From positions 64,793 through 128,792 of the forward strand of contig OOHL01000002.1 in the NCBI GenBank assembly GCA_900321105.1: a stretch of 64,000 bases of DNA, written 5' to 3'. Below are positions 9,318 to 18,991 of this stretch, piece after piece. The stretch is from an uncultured Pseudomonadota bacterium (GTDB lineage Bacteria > Pseudomonadota > Alphaproteobacteria > Rs-D84). The position numbers and the translations under genes are program-made. The notes under the pieces are model-generated. The model did not search any database. It was not told the origin of the DNA and saw only the letters and a list, made by a program, of their open reading frames with translations. Within the stretch, counting starts at the first letter, position 1. Every line of letters begins with the position of its first letter.

Positions 9318-10558
9318 TTTTTACTACACACTATCTTGACTATATTTTCTATTAAATTGGAAATCTCATGTGGAATAATAACATTTTTGTCTGGTGCATT
9401 CCCACCAGGTGAAAGCAATGCCTTTGCTAATTCCAATTTCACAACATCTTTTTCTGGGATTTGTGTTTGTTCATCTTTTGTAGATTCACTAATATTATTG
9501 AAATATGGTTCTACAGCCGCCATTTTGATTTCAAGTTCGCGATATTTGTTTTCCTTATCTCTCTGTTTTTTGGATTCATTAGCCATATATACAGCAGGCA
9601 ATAACAACAATGCCGCTATCGGTAATCTACACAATAAAATATTCCAATTTAGATTAGCAAAAGTCTTCGTTTGATCAAAAACAAATATACTATTACACAA
9701 AGCCTCTAGTACGGGCCACACAACCACTAGTGCAAATACCAACATTAAACCGATTGAGCTCCAAAACAATATATTGGCAAAATCTCTCGCATTATCTGCG
9801 TACTTTTTTTGAGAACCAACCACTGCCTCTTTGCCGACAATACCATATATTTTCTCTATTTTATGTTGGATCTGTTCCATATCACTAAGGCGTTTTTCTG
9901 CTCCGTCTTTTAACAACTGGAAATTTGTATTATATAACTTATCTTGTTCAGCTTTTTGCGCCTCAAACTGACTTGAAAAGTCGTCCAATTTATTAGAAAA
10001 ATCATTTAATCTTTTTTCTTGAGCCGCAGAAAATTGTTGCTGTTGCGTAGTTGTTATACCATCCAATTGATTAGACTTGTCTTCTATCTTTCTTTCAAGT
10101 TTTGCGATATTCTGGGTCAAAACTAAAATCTGTTGATTTAATTCAGAATTTTCTTTGCGCAATTTATTCGTTATATTTGAATTACTGTCCTCAAAATCCT
10201 TTACAATTTTATCTAATGCCGCTGAAGTATCACCTTTTTGAACTACCGGTATTTTAGATATAAAATCCAGTAGTTCATTAAGTGTATTATTTATGTGAGT
10301 TATATAAGATGAATTTTTACTTTGATGGAACGAGTTCATATATGACGATAAATTATTCAGATTATTTACAATGCTATTTGAAAAAGATGTACCATATAAC
10401 ACATTTTTTTGAGATTTTACTCTCTGCTCTAAAATTTTTAATATGGCCACCTGCTTGTTATAATATTCAATATAATCATTTTCAGAATAATCCTCTGGAG
10501 ATAAAATAGATTCTATCTCTTTAATTTTATTTGATATCACTTCAATATTATCTGACAT
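9314..10558 (-). CDS. Coiled-coil protein with two C-proximal transmembrane helices. Candidate membrane effector or sensor partner of the HEPN protein.
   Basis: 414 aa. The first ~270 aa are heptad-rich and charged, i.e. coiled coil. Two hydrophobic helices follow ('ILFWSSIGLMLVFALVVVW' and 'ILLCRLPIAALLLLPAVYMA'), then a ~100-aa tail. Confidence 0.4.
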   Translation of the reverse strand: MSDNIEVISNKIKEIESILSPEDYSENDYIEYYNKQVAILKILEQRVKSQKNVLYGTSFSNSIVNNLNNLSSYMNSFHQSKNSSYITHINNTLNELLDFISKIPVVQKGDTSAALDKIVKDFEDSNSNITNKLRKENSELNQQILVLTQNIAKLERKIEDKSNQLDGITTTQQQQFSAAQEKRLNDFSNKLDDFSSQFEAQKAEQDKLYNTNFQLLKDGAEKRLSDMEQIQHKIEKIYGIVGKEAVVGSQKKYADNARDFANILFWSSIGLMLVFALVVVWPVLEALCNSIFVFDQTKTFANLNWNILLCRLPIAALLLLPAVYMANESKKQRDKENKYRELEIKMAAVEPYFNNISESTKDEQTQIPEKDVVKLELAKALLSPGGNAPDKNVIIPHEISNLIENIVKIVCSKK

Positions 10559-10605
10559 AATTATTCTCCAAATTTCAATTGTTTTGATTATAATTTAAAT
10601 CTGTA

Positions 10606-13602
10606 TCATACTTTTTTATCTTTATTCTTTTTGTCTTTTAACTCATTGTAAATGCTTTTCATAAATATGCCCAAGACCTCTTTCTTGATATCAGTATTGT
10701 CTAAAAGCATTGTGAAAAAGTCCTGATTTTGTGTAAATCCTTTCACCAGCGCATCATCAATATGATCATAAAATGGCATACTGAAATTATCTATTGTGTT
10801 AGTTTGGGCACTGGCCACCAAATCTGAATCTTTTTTCAGGATATCACGCACCTGTAATGCAGCATTAAATGCCATATCTTTATCAAAATGCTTACCTGTT
10901 CTGGCATTGACTTCATCAATAATTTCTGACAACCGGCGTTCTTCATCTTCTGTTAAATTGAATGTTTCGGCGGTTGGTAAGACAACCTTTGGATCAGCAG
11001 CAATGTTAACCTTTACCTCTTGCCCCTTTCGTTGTTCAAAATTACTGGCTTGAATCATGCTTTTTAAATCAAAACCATCCCCAGACTTACCTGTTTTAAG
11101 GTATGGCAGTAACCACGTAATAAAGTTGTATTTCTTGTACAAATCTATATCCGACACATCTGTAGACACCTGCAATAAAAATTCATAGAACCGGACAAAT
11201 CTACGCAAACTTACATATAGTTCTCGTTTATCTTTGTCTTGTTTTGCATCAAATGCTCTTTTTGACTTGGATAACAAATTTATGATTTTAATTTCTTTTT
11301 GTTTATCCTTAACTTCCGAAGAATAGAATATGTCGTTAGCCTCTATAGCATCATCTAATGTAAATATGTTATAACTATCGATCTTTTCATCCAATTCGTA
11401 CACAGATTCTGGCGTTACCGTATTACACAGAATTGTTGATGTAAAATATGGTTTAAACGATTTTTCAATATCCTCTATTTTATTAGCAAAATCTAATATA
11501 AACACTTTTTTGTTATATGGCGGACAAATTCTGTTCAATCTGGACAATGTCTGTACAGCCGCAATGTCTCTCAGCTTTTTCAAGACATACATTGCACACA
11601 ATTTATTTTGATCAAATCCGGTCTGATACTTATTTGCGACCAAAAGAACCTGATAGTCACCTTCATCAAACCTTTTTGCTGTTGCTTCTTCACTAAAGCC
11701 ATTTATAGATGATTCTGTAACGAATTTATCTGTATCATTAGAGATACCCAACTGTTTCTCGGTTACCTTTCCAGAAAAAGCGATTAAAGGATGAACATCT
11801 GTATATCCCTTATCTTTCACATAGTCTTGGAAAGCATTATAATATTGCACCGCTTCAACACGAGAACTGGTCACAACCATCGCTTTTGCCCATGGTTGTT
11901 CAGATAACACGATATTTTTAAAGTGCTCTACGATTATTTCAATTCTTTGTGCAATATTTGTCGGATGCAACATAGCAAAACGGGCAATTTTCTTTTTTGC
12001 TTTTGCTGTTTTGAATTTTGGGTCTTCTGCTATCTTTTTGTTTATTTTAAATAATGTCTCATACGGCGTGAAACTTTGCAAAACATCAATAATAAAACCT
12101 TCTTCTATGGCTTGTTTCATAGAATAAAGGTGAAACGCCTCATATCCATTGCCGCTTTGTCTGCCAAACAACGCCAAAGTCGTTGGTTTTGGTGTTGCAG
12201 TAAATGCGAACATAGATACATTCTTTTGTTTGCCTTGTTTTTTTATGGTATTAGCTATCATTGTTTCTGCATCATCACCGTCATCATCATCCGATGCCAA
12301 AGTGGTGGTAACAGCAGCCATATCTTTACCGGACGTTGAAGAGTGCGCTTCGTCAATAATTACTGCGAATGTTTTGTTTTTCAATCCTTTTACCAGATCT
12401 GCAATATACAAAAACTTTTGGATTGTCGTCACGATTATCTTGGTGTTACCTTCCAAAGCAGATTTTAAATCGCCAGAAGAACAATCTTTATCCATAACCT
12501 TGATCAAACCAGCCTTGTGTTCCAGCGCACGAACAGCATCTTGCAATTGTCTATCCACAACCACACGATCTGTAACAATCACAACAGTATCATAGATTTG
12601 TTTGTTTTCAGTGTCGTGTAATGAAGCCAATCTGTGAGCCAACCAAGCAATTGTATATGTTTTTCCCGATCCGGCACTGTGTTGAATCAAGTAATTTTGC
12701 GACGTTTTATTATTAGTCACATCGTCCAAAATCTTTCTGATACAGTCCAGTTGATGATATCTTGGGAATATAATATTTTCTTTTAATTTTTTTGTTTTAT
12801 CATCTACCTTGCGTTCAACGAATGTGAACTTGGTCAGTATTTCTATCAAATGGTCTTTCTGCAACATATCTTCCCATACATAGGATACCGCAGCAATGTC
12901 ATTCGGATTTATTGGGTTACCTTTACCGGCATCTATACCTGTGCCGTTACCCTTGTTAAATGGCAAAAAGAAAGTTGAAGCACCATTCAATTTGGTGGTC
13001 ATATAACATTCTTCCAAATCCATGGCAAAATTTACAACACATCCAGCCTTGAACAAGAATAATCTAGCCTTGGAATCTCTTTCTAATCTGTATTGAGTGA
13101 TTGCGTTCTCATAGTTTTGACCGGCAGTATTACATTTCAGTTCAAAAGATATTATCGCAAAACCATTCAAAAATAATACCAGATCAATACGTTCGCTGTC
13201 TGTTGCCCATACTTCTTCTGCCACAGAGAAAATGTTTTTTGCATACTTTTCATTTAATTCTTTATTATATTCCGTTGCCGGTTTCGTATACATTAACGAC
13301 AAATGAATATTTGATAAATCGATACCCCGTTTCAAAGTTTCTAACAAAGAGCTTTTCTTGGCCGTTATTTGACCATTTATTACACCGATCAGGGTTTCTT
13401 CAAGTTTATTTTTATAAATCTTTTTTAATTGTGCCATTTCATCTGGCTGACTATCATTCAAAAATTTGAACAACAATTCACGATCCATAGCATGCGCACG
13501 ATCAAAGTTTTCATCTGTGCGTTCAATATAACCGTTATGCTTTTTCAGGTAGTCAATAATGTGTCTTTGATACTGTTTTTCTGTTAGAATTTTATTCATC
13601 AC
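10606..13602 (-). CDS. hsdR: Type I restriction enzyme R subunit (HsdR)
   Basis: 998 aa. Walker A 'QHSAGSGKTYT', DEAH box 'IIDEAHSS', and a helicase superfamily 2 layout. Overlaps hsdS by 11 nt. Confidence 0.9.
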   Translation of the reverse strand: MMNKILTEKQYQRHIIDYLKKHNGYIERTDENFDRAHAMDRELLFKFLNDSQPDEMAQLKKIYKNKLEETLIGVINGQITAKKSSLLETLKRGIDLSNIHLSLMYTKPATEYNKELNEKYAKNIFSVAEEVWATDSERIDLVLFLNGFAIISFELKCNTAGQNYENAITQYRLERDSKARLFLFKAGCVVNFAMDLEECYMTTKLNGASTFFLPFNKGNGTGIDAGKGNPINPNDIAAVSYVWEDMLQKDHLIEILTKFTFVERKVDDKTKKLKENIIFPRYHQLDCIRKILDDVTNNKTSQNYLIQHSAGSGKTYTIAWLAHRLASLHDTENKQIYDTVVIVTDRVVVDRQLQDAVRALEHKAGLIKVMDKDCSSGDLKSALEGNTKIIVTTIQKFLYIADLVKGLKNKTFAVIIDEAHSSTSGKDMAAVTTTLASDDDDGDDAETMIANTIKKQGKQKNVSMFAFTATPKPTTLALFGRQSGNGYEAFHLYSMKQAIEEGFIIDVLQSFTPYETLFKINKKIAEDPKFKTAKAKKKIARFAMLHPTNIAQRIEIIVEHFKNIVLSEQPWAKAMVVTSSRVEAVQYYNAFQDYVKDKGYTDVHPLIAFSGKVTEKQLGISNDTDKFVTESSINGFSEEATAKRFDEGDYQVLLVANKYQTGFDQNKLCAMYVLKKLRDIAAVQTLSRLNRICPPYNKKVFILDFANKIEDIEKSFKPYFTSTILCNTVTPESVYELDEKIDSYNIFTLDDAIEANDIFYSSEVKDKQKEIKIINLLSKSKRAFDAKQDKDKRELYVSLRRFVRFYEFLLQVSTDVSDIDLYKKYNFITWLLPYLKTGKSGDGFDLKSMIQASNFEQRKGQEVKVNIAADPKVVLPTAETFNLTEDEERRLSEIIDEVNARTGKHFDKDMAFNAALQVRDILKKDSDLVASAQTNTIDNFSMPFYDHIDDALVKGFTQNQDFFTMLLDNTDIKKEVLGIFMKSIYNELKDKKNKDKKV

Positions 13603-14851
13603 TGACCTCCTTTTTGCCAGTTACATATTCATAAATTAGTGATTTTTTATAATTTTCAACGACTTCTAATTGATGTTTCTTGTCTACTATGATTGATTCT
13701 ATTCCTGCACATTTTTTATCTAGATGTTCAACAATACGGCATTGCTCCTCTAATAACGGTACAATATAGAATAGGTTTTTTATCTTTCCCCAATTGGTAT
13801 CGCACGTTCTTACCCTTATACCGGTGGATAACGCCTCAAAAACACCCTCGTTTGCCATAGTGCGCAGCAAATACATAAAATACCGTTTAGATTGATCTGT
13901 TTCCAGCACATTCAAGACAGGAGATGCTTTGCCCCTAGAATCTGAAATCCCTATAGCTCCCGCAAAACCGTCCATACCATGAATAATTAAATCACCAACG
14001 TCAATACCTTGATAGCCAATCTCTTTCTCTGACATGGTAAAACCGTCTTCTCGTCTATTGGATCGCAATGTTACTTCTCCATCCCTAAAACAAGTAATAA
14101 CCCCGTCATCCTCACGAGTTGGCTTTTGCACATAGGTAAATATATATTTACCTCGTTTTGTTTCCCAATTTGCAGGTATTTTACCAATATATGCAATACC
14201 ACTATCCTTCATTGGCACTTTAGAATTCAAGCCTTTGGTGACCGCTTCGGAAATAACGGATCGTTTGTATTGTTCTAGTTTATCTATTTGTTCTTGAAGA
14301 TCAGCCATCACAGAATCAATCTCACCACACTTACGGTCCAAATAATCAGCAATTTTTTGTTGTTCTTGTAGTGATGGCACCAGCAAACAAATTTCTAACA
14401 ATTCTTTTGCGTTAAGACTACTTCTAACACCGGCATCCCCTAAAGCATTAAATACCTCGTTCATCCACATCATAAGATAATATTTTTCCGCAAATCTTGG
14501 ATTCATATTTTCATTTGCTTTCAATACTATGTATGCAGGCGATACGATCCCTGTATATTTAGAATATCCTACTCGACTTGTAGAAACATTTTGCAAATCT
14601 ATCAATTTGAATACCAACTCATCCTTTTTCAGTATCTGATATGTATCGAATTTGTCTGGTTGTAAACCTTCGTTGTCTTCCTTGGATCTTTTGATCACCC
14701 CTCCAAGAGTCAAGGCCAATCTATCATATTGTTCTACCTTTGCTCCCACAACTTGCTTGTTGTTGGAAAATACGTATTTACCACGTATAACACTCCATGT
14801 ACTTGGAATTTGTCCCACCCAGCCTATACCACTATCTTTCATTTCACGCAT
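13592..14851 (-). CDS. hsdS: Type I restriction-modification specificity subunit (HsdS), two target-recognition domains
   Basis: 419 aa with duplicated conserved coiled regions ('LQEQQKIADYLDRKCGEID' and 'LEEQCRIVEHLDKKCAGIE'). It lies between hsdM and hsdR. Confidence 0.85.
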   Translation of the reverse strand: MREMKDSGIGWVGQIPSTWSVIRGKYVFSNNKQVVGAKVEQYDRLALTLGGVIKRSKEDNEGLQPDKFDTYQILKKDELVFKLIDLQNVSTSRVGYSKYTGIVSPAYIVLKANENMNPRFAEKYYLMMWMNEVFNALGDAGVRSSLNAKELLEICLLVPSLQEQQKIADYLDRKCGEIDSVMADLQEQIDKLEQYKRSVISEAVTKGLNSKVPMKDSGIAYIGKIPANWETKRGKYIFTYVQKPTREDDGVITCFRDGEVTLRSNRREDGFTMSEKEIGYQGIDVGDLIIHGMDGFAGAIGISDSRGKASPVLNVLETDQSKRYFMYLLRTMANEGVFEALSTGIRVRTCDTNWGKIKNLFYIVPLLEEQCRIVEHLDKKCAGIESIIVDKKHQLEVVENYKKSLIYEYVTGKKEVSDE

Positions 14852-14863
14852 ACCAGCCCCCCT

Positions 14864-17017
14864 TTAGAACAACTTATTGATTTTGTTTCGAACTTGGTTT
14901 TCCAAATCTTGAAATTCTTTGGCTAGCTGTTCGCTTGGTTCTGGTTCTTGATATTTATAGAAATATCTGGTGAACGGAATTTCGGCACCAATTTTGATAG
15001 TCTTTTCGCCACGATCATCAGCAAATGTTGCGTTTTCATCACGACCCTCAAAGAATGCTTTGGCATCTGGGATATGTGGTAAAACTTCACGTTCCATATA
15101 GTCATCTATATCTTCATCGTATTTGACAATTTCCGTATCTTTGGTTTCTTTATCATATATGATGTTATCTTTTTTATCCCGTTGAATTTCTGCATTCTTG
15201 TCCATAATTGATAATCCATCGGTCACTTTGGTAATGATTTTTTTATCAAAACCCTGCATTACACCCGTAATATATGGTTCGAATTCTTTTGGTGATAGAA
15301 AAAGCTTATCTGAACAATTATCATTCAGCACCTTCAGAATAGAATCATACAAAGGTTTATTAGCTATAAACTCTCTTTGTTTCTTCTTTTGTTTTTCATC
15401 CAATGGTTCCAAAGAATTTTCATACTCATACATCTTGCCTTCGTCATAAATGGACGACAAACAACCGTTTTGCACCATGTTTTCAATGCGTTCTGGTGTA
15501 ATCGCATAGCTGCGTTGTAATGGTTGCATGATGGTATATTCACGATACATAAATTCTGTATTCTTGTATATTTTCACCAGTTCGTTTTCTTTAAAGTTCG
15601 TGTATAATTCTGTGATGTTCTTTCTGTCTTCTGGTGATAACTCGTTTCTTTTATTACCCAACGCTTTGCGTAGCTTATGATAGATACCGGAAGCATCGAT
15701 CAGTTGAATTTTACCCTTACGTTCTGGTCTTTTATTTTTGGATAATATCCACACATACGTTTGAATTCCGGTATTGTAGAATAAATCTGTTGGCAACGCG
15801 ATAATCGCCTCTATCAGATCTTGTTCCAGTAACCAGCGGCGAATTTGACTTTCACCAGATGCTGTACTACCAGTAAACAAAGGCGACCCATTTTCAATGA
15901 TAGCAGCGCGGCCAATTTTGTCTTGCATCTTGGCAACCGCAGATTGTAAGAATATCATTTGTGAATCACCACCAGATGGCAACCCGGCCCCCCAACGACC
16001 ATAATCTCCTTTGGCATGCTCTTTTCTTACTGCATCTTCCTGACCATCTTTGGCATCTTTACCGGACCAAGGCGTTCCAAAGGGTGGATTTTCAATCAAG
16101 AAACGCATCTGTGTGTTTTCAAAACAATCTTCCTTGAATGTGTCTGCGTGACGAAAATTACGTGCATCTTGCCCCTTGATTAACATTTCTGCCAAACCAA
16201 TAGCATAAGATGGTCCCATAAATTCTTGACCAAACAAACGAACATCCGCAGATGGGTTCAAGTATTTCAAATAAGAAAATGCTGTAGATAACATACCGCC
16301 AGTTCCCGCAGCCTGATCACACACAGTTATAACTTTATGGTCTTCAAAAACATCATCACAACCTTCTGCTGTCAAAATAGAAACCAAACACTTGATGATA
16401 TCACGCCCCGTGTAATATTGCCCTGCATCCACATTTTGGAAGAATCTGCCTATCAGATTTTCAAAGATGTACCCCATTTTGATAGAATCATAAGTAGCAG
16501 GGTTCAAATCCAATTCAGAAAAAGCCTTCATGACCGTAAACAAACAACCACCCTTGTCCATGGTTTGAATATGATTAAACAATTCCAATTGAGACATAAT
16601 ATCTCTTACGTTTGCAGAAAAACCATTGATATAACTTTTGAAATTTTCAGCCAAATTGTCGGTATCATTCAACAATTCTGCAAGATCGTAATGACTTGTA
16701 TTATAAAATTGAAAACCAGCGACATTTTCTAACATTTGGGCTGGTAAATCTGGATTGGATTCGTATGCTTTAATAACCGCTTCTTTGGTTGGAACCAGTG
16801 CACACTCCAATCTGCGTAAGATGGTCATTGGAATAATCACATCACCATATTTATCTGGCATGTATGTTCCACGCAATTTATTAGCAATCGACCAAATAAA
16901 ATTCGCCTCTGCTGTCACATCAACCGGATTATCATCCCACAACAAATCAAGTTTATTATTCAAAACCATCTTTTTTCTCCATTCGGCATAGTTTTTTTGC
17001 TTCTTGGTAGGGATCAT
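14864..17017 (-). CDS. hsdM: Type I restriction-modification N6-adenine DNA methyltransferase subunit (HsdM), long form
   Basis: Catalytic 'IENPPFGTPW' (NPPF) and AdoMet motif 'VCDQAAGTGGML'. 717 aa. Confidence 0.9.
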   Translation of the reverse strand: MIPTKKQKNYAEWRKKMVLNNKLDLLWDDNPVDVTAEANFIWSIANKLRGTYMPDKYGDVIIPMTILRRLECALVPTKEAVIKAYESNPDLPAQMLENVAGFQFYNTSHYDLAELLNDTDNLAENFKSYINGFSANVRDIMSQLELFNHIQTMDKGGCLFTVMKAFSELDLNPATYDSIKMGYIFENLIGRFFQNVDAGQYYTGRDIIKCLVSILTAEGCDDVFEDHKVITVCDQAAGTGGMLSTAFSYLKYLNPSADVRLFGQEFMGPSYAIGLAEMLIKGQDARNFRHADTFKEDCFENTQMRFLIENPPFGTPWSGKDAKDGQEDAVRKEHAKGDYGRWGAGLPSGGDSQMIFLQSAVAKMQDKIGRAAIIENGSPLFTGSTASGESQIRRWLLEQDLIEAIIALPTDLFYNTGIQTYVWILSKNKRPERKGKIQLIDASGIYHKLRKALGNKRNELSPEDRKNITELYTNFKENELVKIYKNTEFMYREYTIMQPLQRSYAITPERIENMVQNGCLSSIYDEGKMYEYENSLEPLDEKQKKKQREFIANKPLYDSILKVLNDNCSDKLFLSPKEFEPYITGVMQGFDKKIITKVTDGLSIMDKNAEIQRDKKDNIIYDKETKDTEIVKYDEDIDDYMEREVLPHIPDAKAFFEGRDENATFADDRGEKTIKIGAEIPFTRYFYKYQEPEPSEQLAKEFQDLENQVRNKINKLF

Positions 17018-17071
17018 AGCAGATTTGTTATGATTTTTTCCATAGAAAAATTATTGTTTTTGGCTTTGTTT

Positions 17072-17965
17072 TTATTTGTCGTTTCCGTATATAAAACGTT
17101 CTGCATTGTGTCTTTGACTTTCGTTAAATACCTTTACCAGCGCATCTGGACAACTGCCAGCTTCACCTGTTACAGAACACCTGAAAGCATCACTTATAAC
17201 AACCGGTAATCCTGCCATCATCATTTTTATCAATCTTATTTTAGCTTCTTCTGCCATTACTTTTGCCGTTAAAACAAGTATAAGTTTCGATGATATTGGT
17301 AAAAATATTTGGGAATGCGGCAAATCAAAACCGCTAGTTTTTCCATTGTCTTCCATAAAAGCCAAATGATTATTTAGCACAGTTGGATTATCCGAAGTAA
17401 TGAATATTTGTTTGCCAGTAGCTTTGAACAATACCCATTCCATTGATGCTATGGCATCACGAATAACATTATCATGCTCTATATCGTACAAAGAATTGTA
17501 ACTCATAACCCGCGCAAAATTATCGTCGATGTTAACATCATCACAATAAAAGCTTTTCTTTATATTCCCATCTGGTCCATGCAAATCAAACAAATGCAGA
17601 TTGTTAGTTTGCAAAATGTTTTTTACATGATTTACGTATTTTCTGGTTCTATAAAATTGGCACAAAATAAAATCTTCAACAACTCGTTTATCGTTGTCTT
17701 GCAACCAACCAATAGATTCTGTTTTAACAATAGTATCAATTATCGGGGCTGTTTTGTCTTCTAAACCTGCAAATTGCTTTTCTAGTGAAATATCACCATT
17801 CATGGTCTTCAAATCATAAAAACGGTTTTCTTGAGCAACATTGATTATGTTGGTTTTATATTTATTTTTGGTTTTCAAATCGGTTACCGCAATAGTTTTG
17901 CCATCGGCACAAAAGTGTTTTAACAAAAATCTCGGCACATAATGCTGGCTTTTTGTTTCTGGCAT
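17072..17965 (-). CDS. DUF4238-family protein
   Basis: N-terminal 'QHYVPRFLLKHF' matches the characteristic DUF4238 start motif. 297 aa. Co-directional with and immediately upstream of hsdM. Confidence 0.55.
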   Translation of the reverse strand: MPETKSQHYVPRFLLKHFCADGKTIAVTDLKTKNKYKTNIINVAQENRFYDLKTMNGDISLEKQFAGLEDKTAPIIDTIVKTESIGWLQDNDKRVVEDFILCQFYRTRKYVNHVKNILQTNNLHLFDLHGPDGNIKKSFYCDDVNIDDNFARVMSYNSLYDIEHDNVIRDAIASMEWVLFKATGKQIFITSDNPTVLNNHLAFMEDNGKTSGFDLPHSQIFLPISSKLILVLTAKVMAEEAKIRLIKMMMAGLPVVISDAFRCSVTGEAGSCPDALVKVFNESQRHNAERFIYGNDK

Positions 17966-18336
17966 TACGCAACCCCAGTTCTATACACCAAGGATTTATA
18001 CAATAGATGCTTGATAGCACGTTCCCTAACTTCGCCTTTTAATTCGCGCAAAGCAACATATGCGGGGATTCTGTCTGTTATGTATTGTAATTCTTTTCTG
18101 GGATTGTGGTTTACTGGTTCGTTTGGCGATGGTGGATTGATACCAAGCATTTCATGCAATTCGTCAATTTCGTTATGATATCTTTGCAAACTGATATTGA
18201 ATTGTCTTTGCACACGCAAATCATCGTTGCTTTTCAATGCATTGTAGTTCCGTTTTGCTATTTCCAGATCCACAGAACAATTGCCAATAGCACCCGTTTT
18301 GTTTAGTAAATCAAAAACAAACTCAAAATCGTCCAT
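17965..18336 (-). CDS. Hypothetical 123-aa protein, translationally coupled to the DUF4238 gene
   Basis: The ORF stop overlaps the DUF4238 start (shared nt 17965). It has no recognisable motifs. Confidence 0.3.
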   Translation of the reverse strand: MDDFEFVFDLLNKTGAIGNCSVDLEIAKRNYNALKSNDDLRVQRQFNISLQRYHNEIDELHEMLGINPPSPNEPVNHNPRKELQYITDRIPAYVALRELKGEVRERAIKHLLYKSLVYRTGVA

Positions 18337-18340
18337 AGCG

Positions 18341-18991
18341 TCATCCTTTTATGCTTTCGGTCAATTTGTAGATGCCAGCAAATACCGTCGCCGTATATTC
18401 AGGCTCCTCACAAAACGAAATAGCCCATTGTTTAGCCTGCTTCATGGCATTATTATAGCCGTTTTCCATTGTGGCAAAATCAAAATATGGGCCTTCATGT
18501 GGTGTTTTTTCATGGCTATAACCAGGCATCGTTGGGGCCCGTAATTTGCTTTGATTTGTTTTTGCGCTTGTTGATATCTTTGTTATACCACAACAAAGTA
18601 AGCCGAATGTTTCTATACTTGGTGCATTAAATGCGATATTAACAGGCATATATTTTTTCTTTAACCCCTGAACAGAATGATTAAACGCTTGAACTTTTGT
18701 GTATGCTTGATGAACCTTTGCTGGTTTATCATTATCAAAAACAATCCATAGTTCGCTTTTCCCATAGGTCTCTTGTTTTTTAGAAAACTCTATTGCATAT
18801 TGTGCTAAACTTAAAGGGTCAGTATCAGATTTCTTATAAAACCAAACAATTGTGCAATTATATTTTTTACACAATTGTTTGATATAAGTCGCTTCTGTAC
18901 CGCAGTCACCACCCTCGCAGGCAAGATATATTGTCTTTTTTGGTACTACTCGTGATCTAGAACAACAAATTATTTTATTATTTCTTGCCAT
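18341..18991 (-). CDS. RloB-like Toprim-domain protein (AbiLii-like)
   Basis: Toprim-like 'IYLACEGGDCGTE' glutamate and 'IVFDNDKP' DxD motifs. 216 aa. It overlaps the upstream AAA ATPase gene by 22 nt. Confidence 0.55.
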   Translation of the reverse strand: MARNNKIICCSRSRVVPKKTIYLACEGGDCGTEATYIKQLCKKYNCTIVWFYKKSDTDPLSLAQYAIEFSKKQETYGKSELWIVFDNDKPAKVHQAYTKVQAFNHSVQGLKKKYMPVNIAFNAPSIETFGLLCCGITKISTSAKTNQSKLRAPTMPGYSHEKTPHEGPYFDFATMENGYNNAMKQAKQWAISFCEEPEYTATVFAGIYKLTESIKG

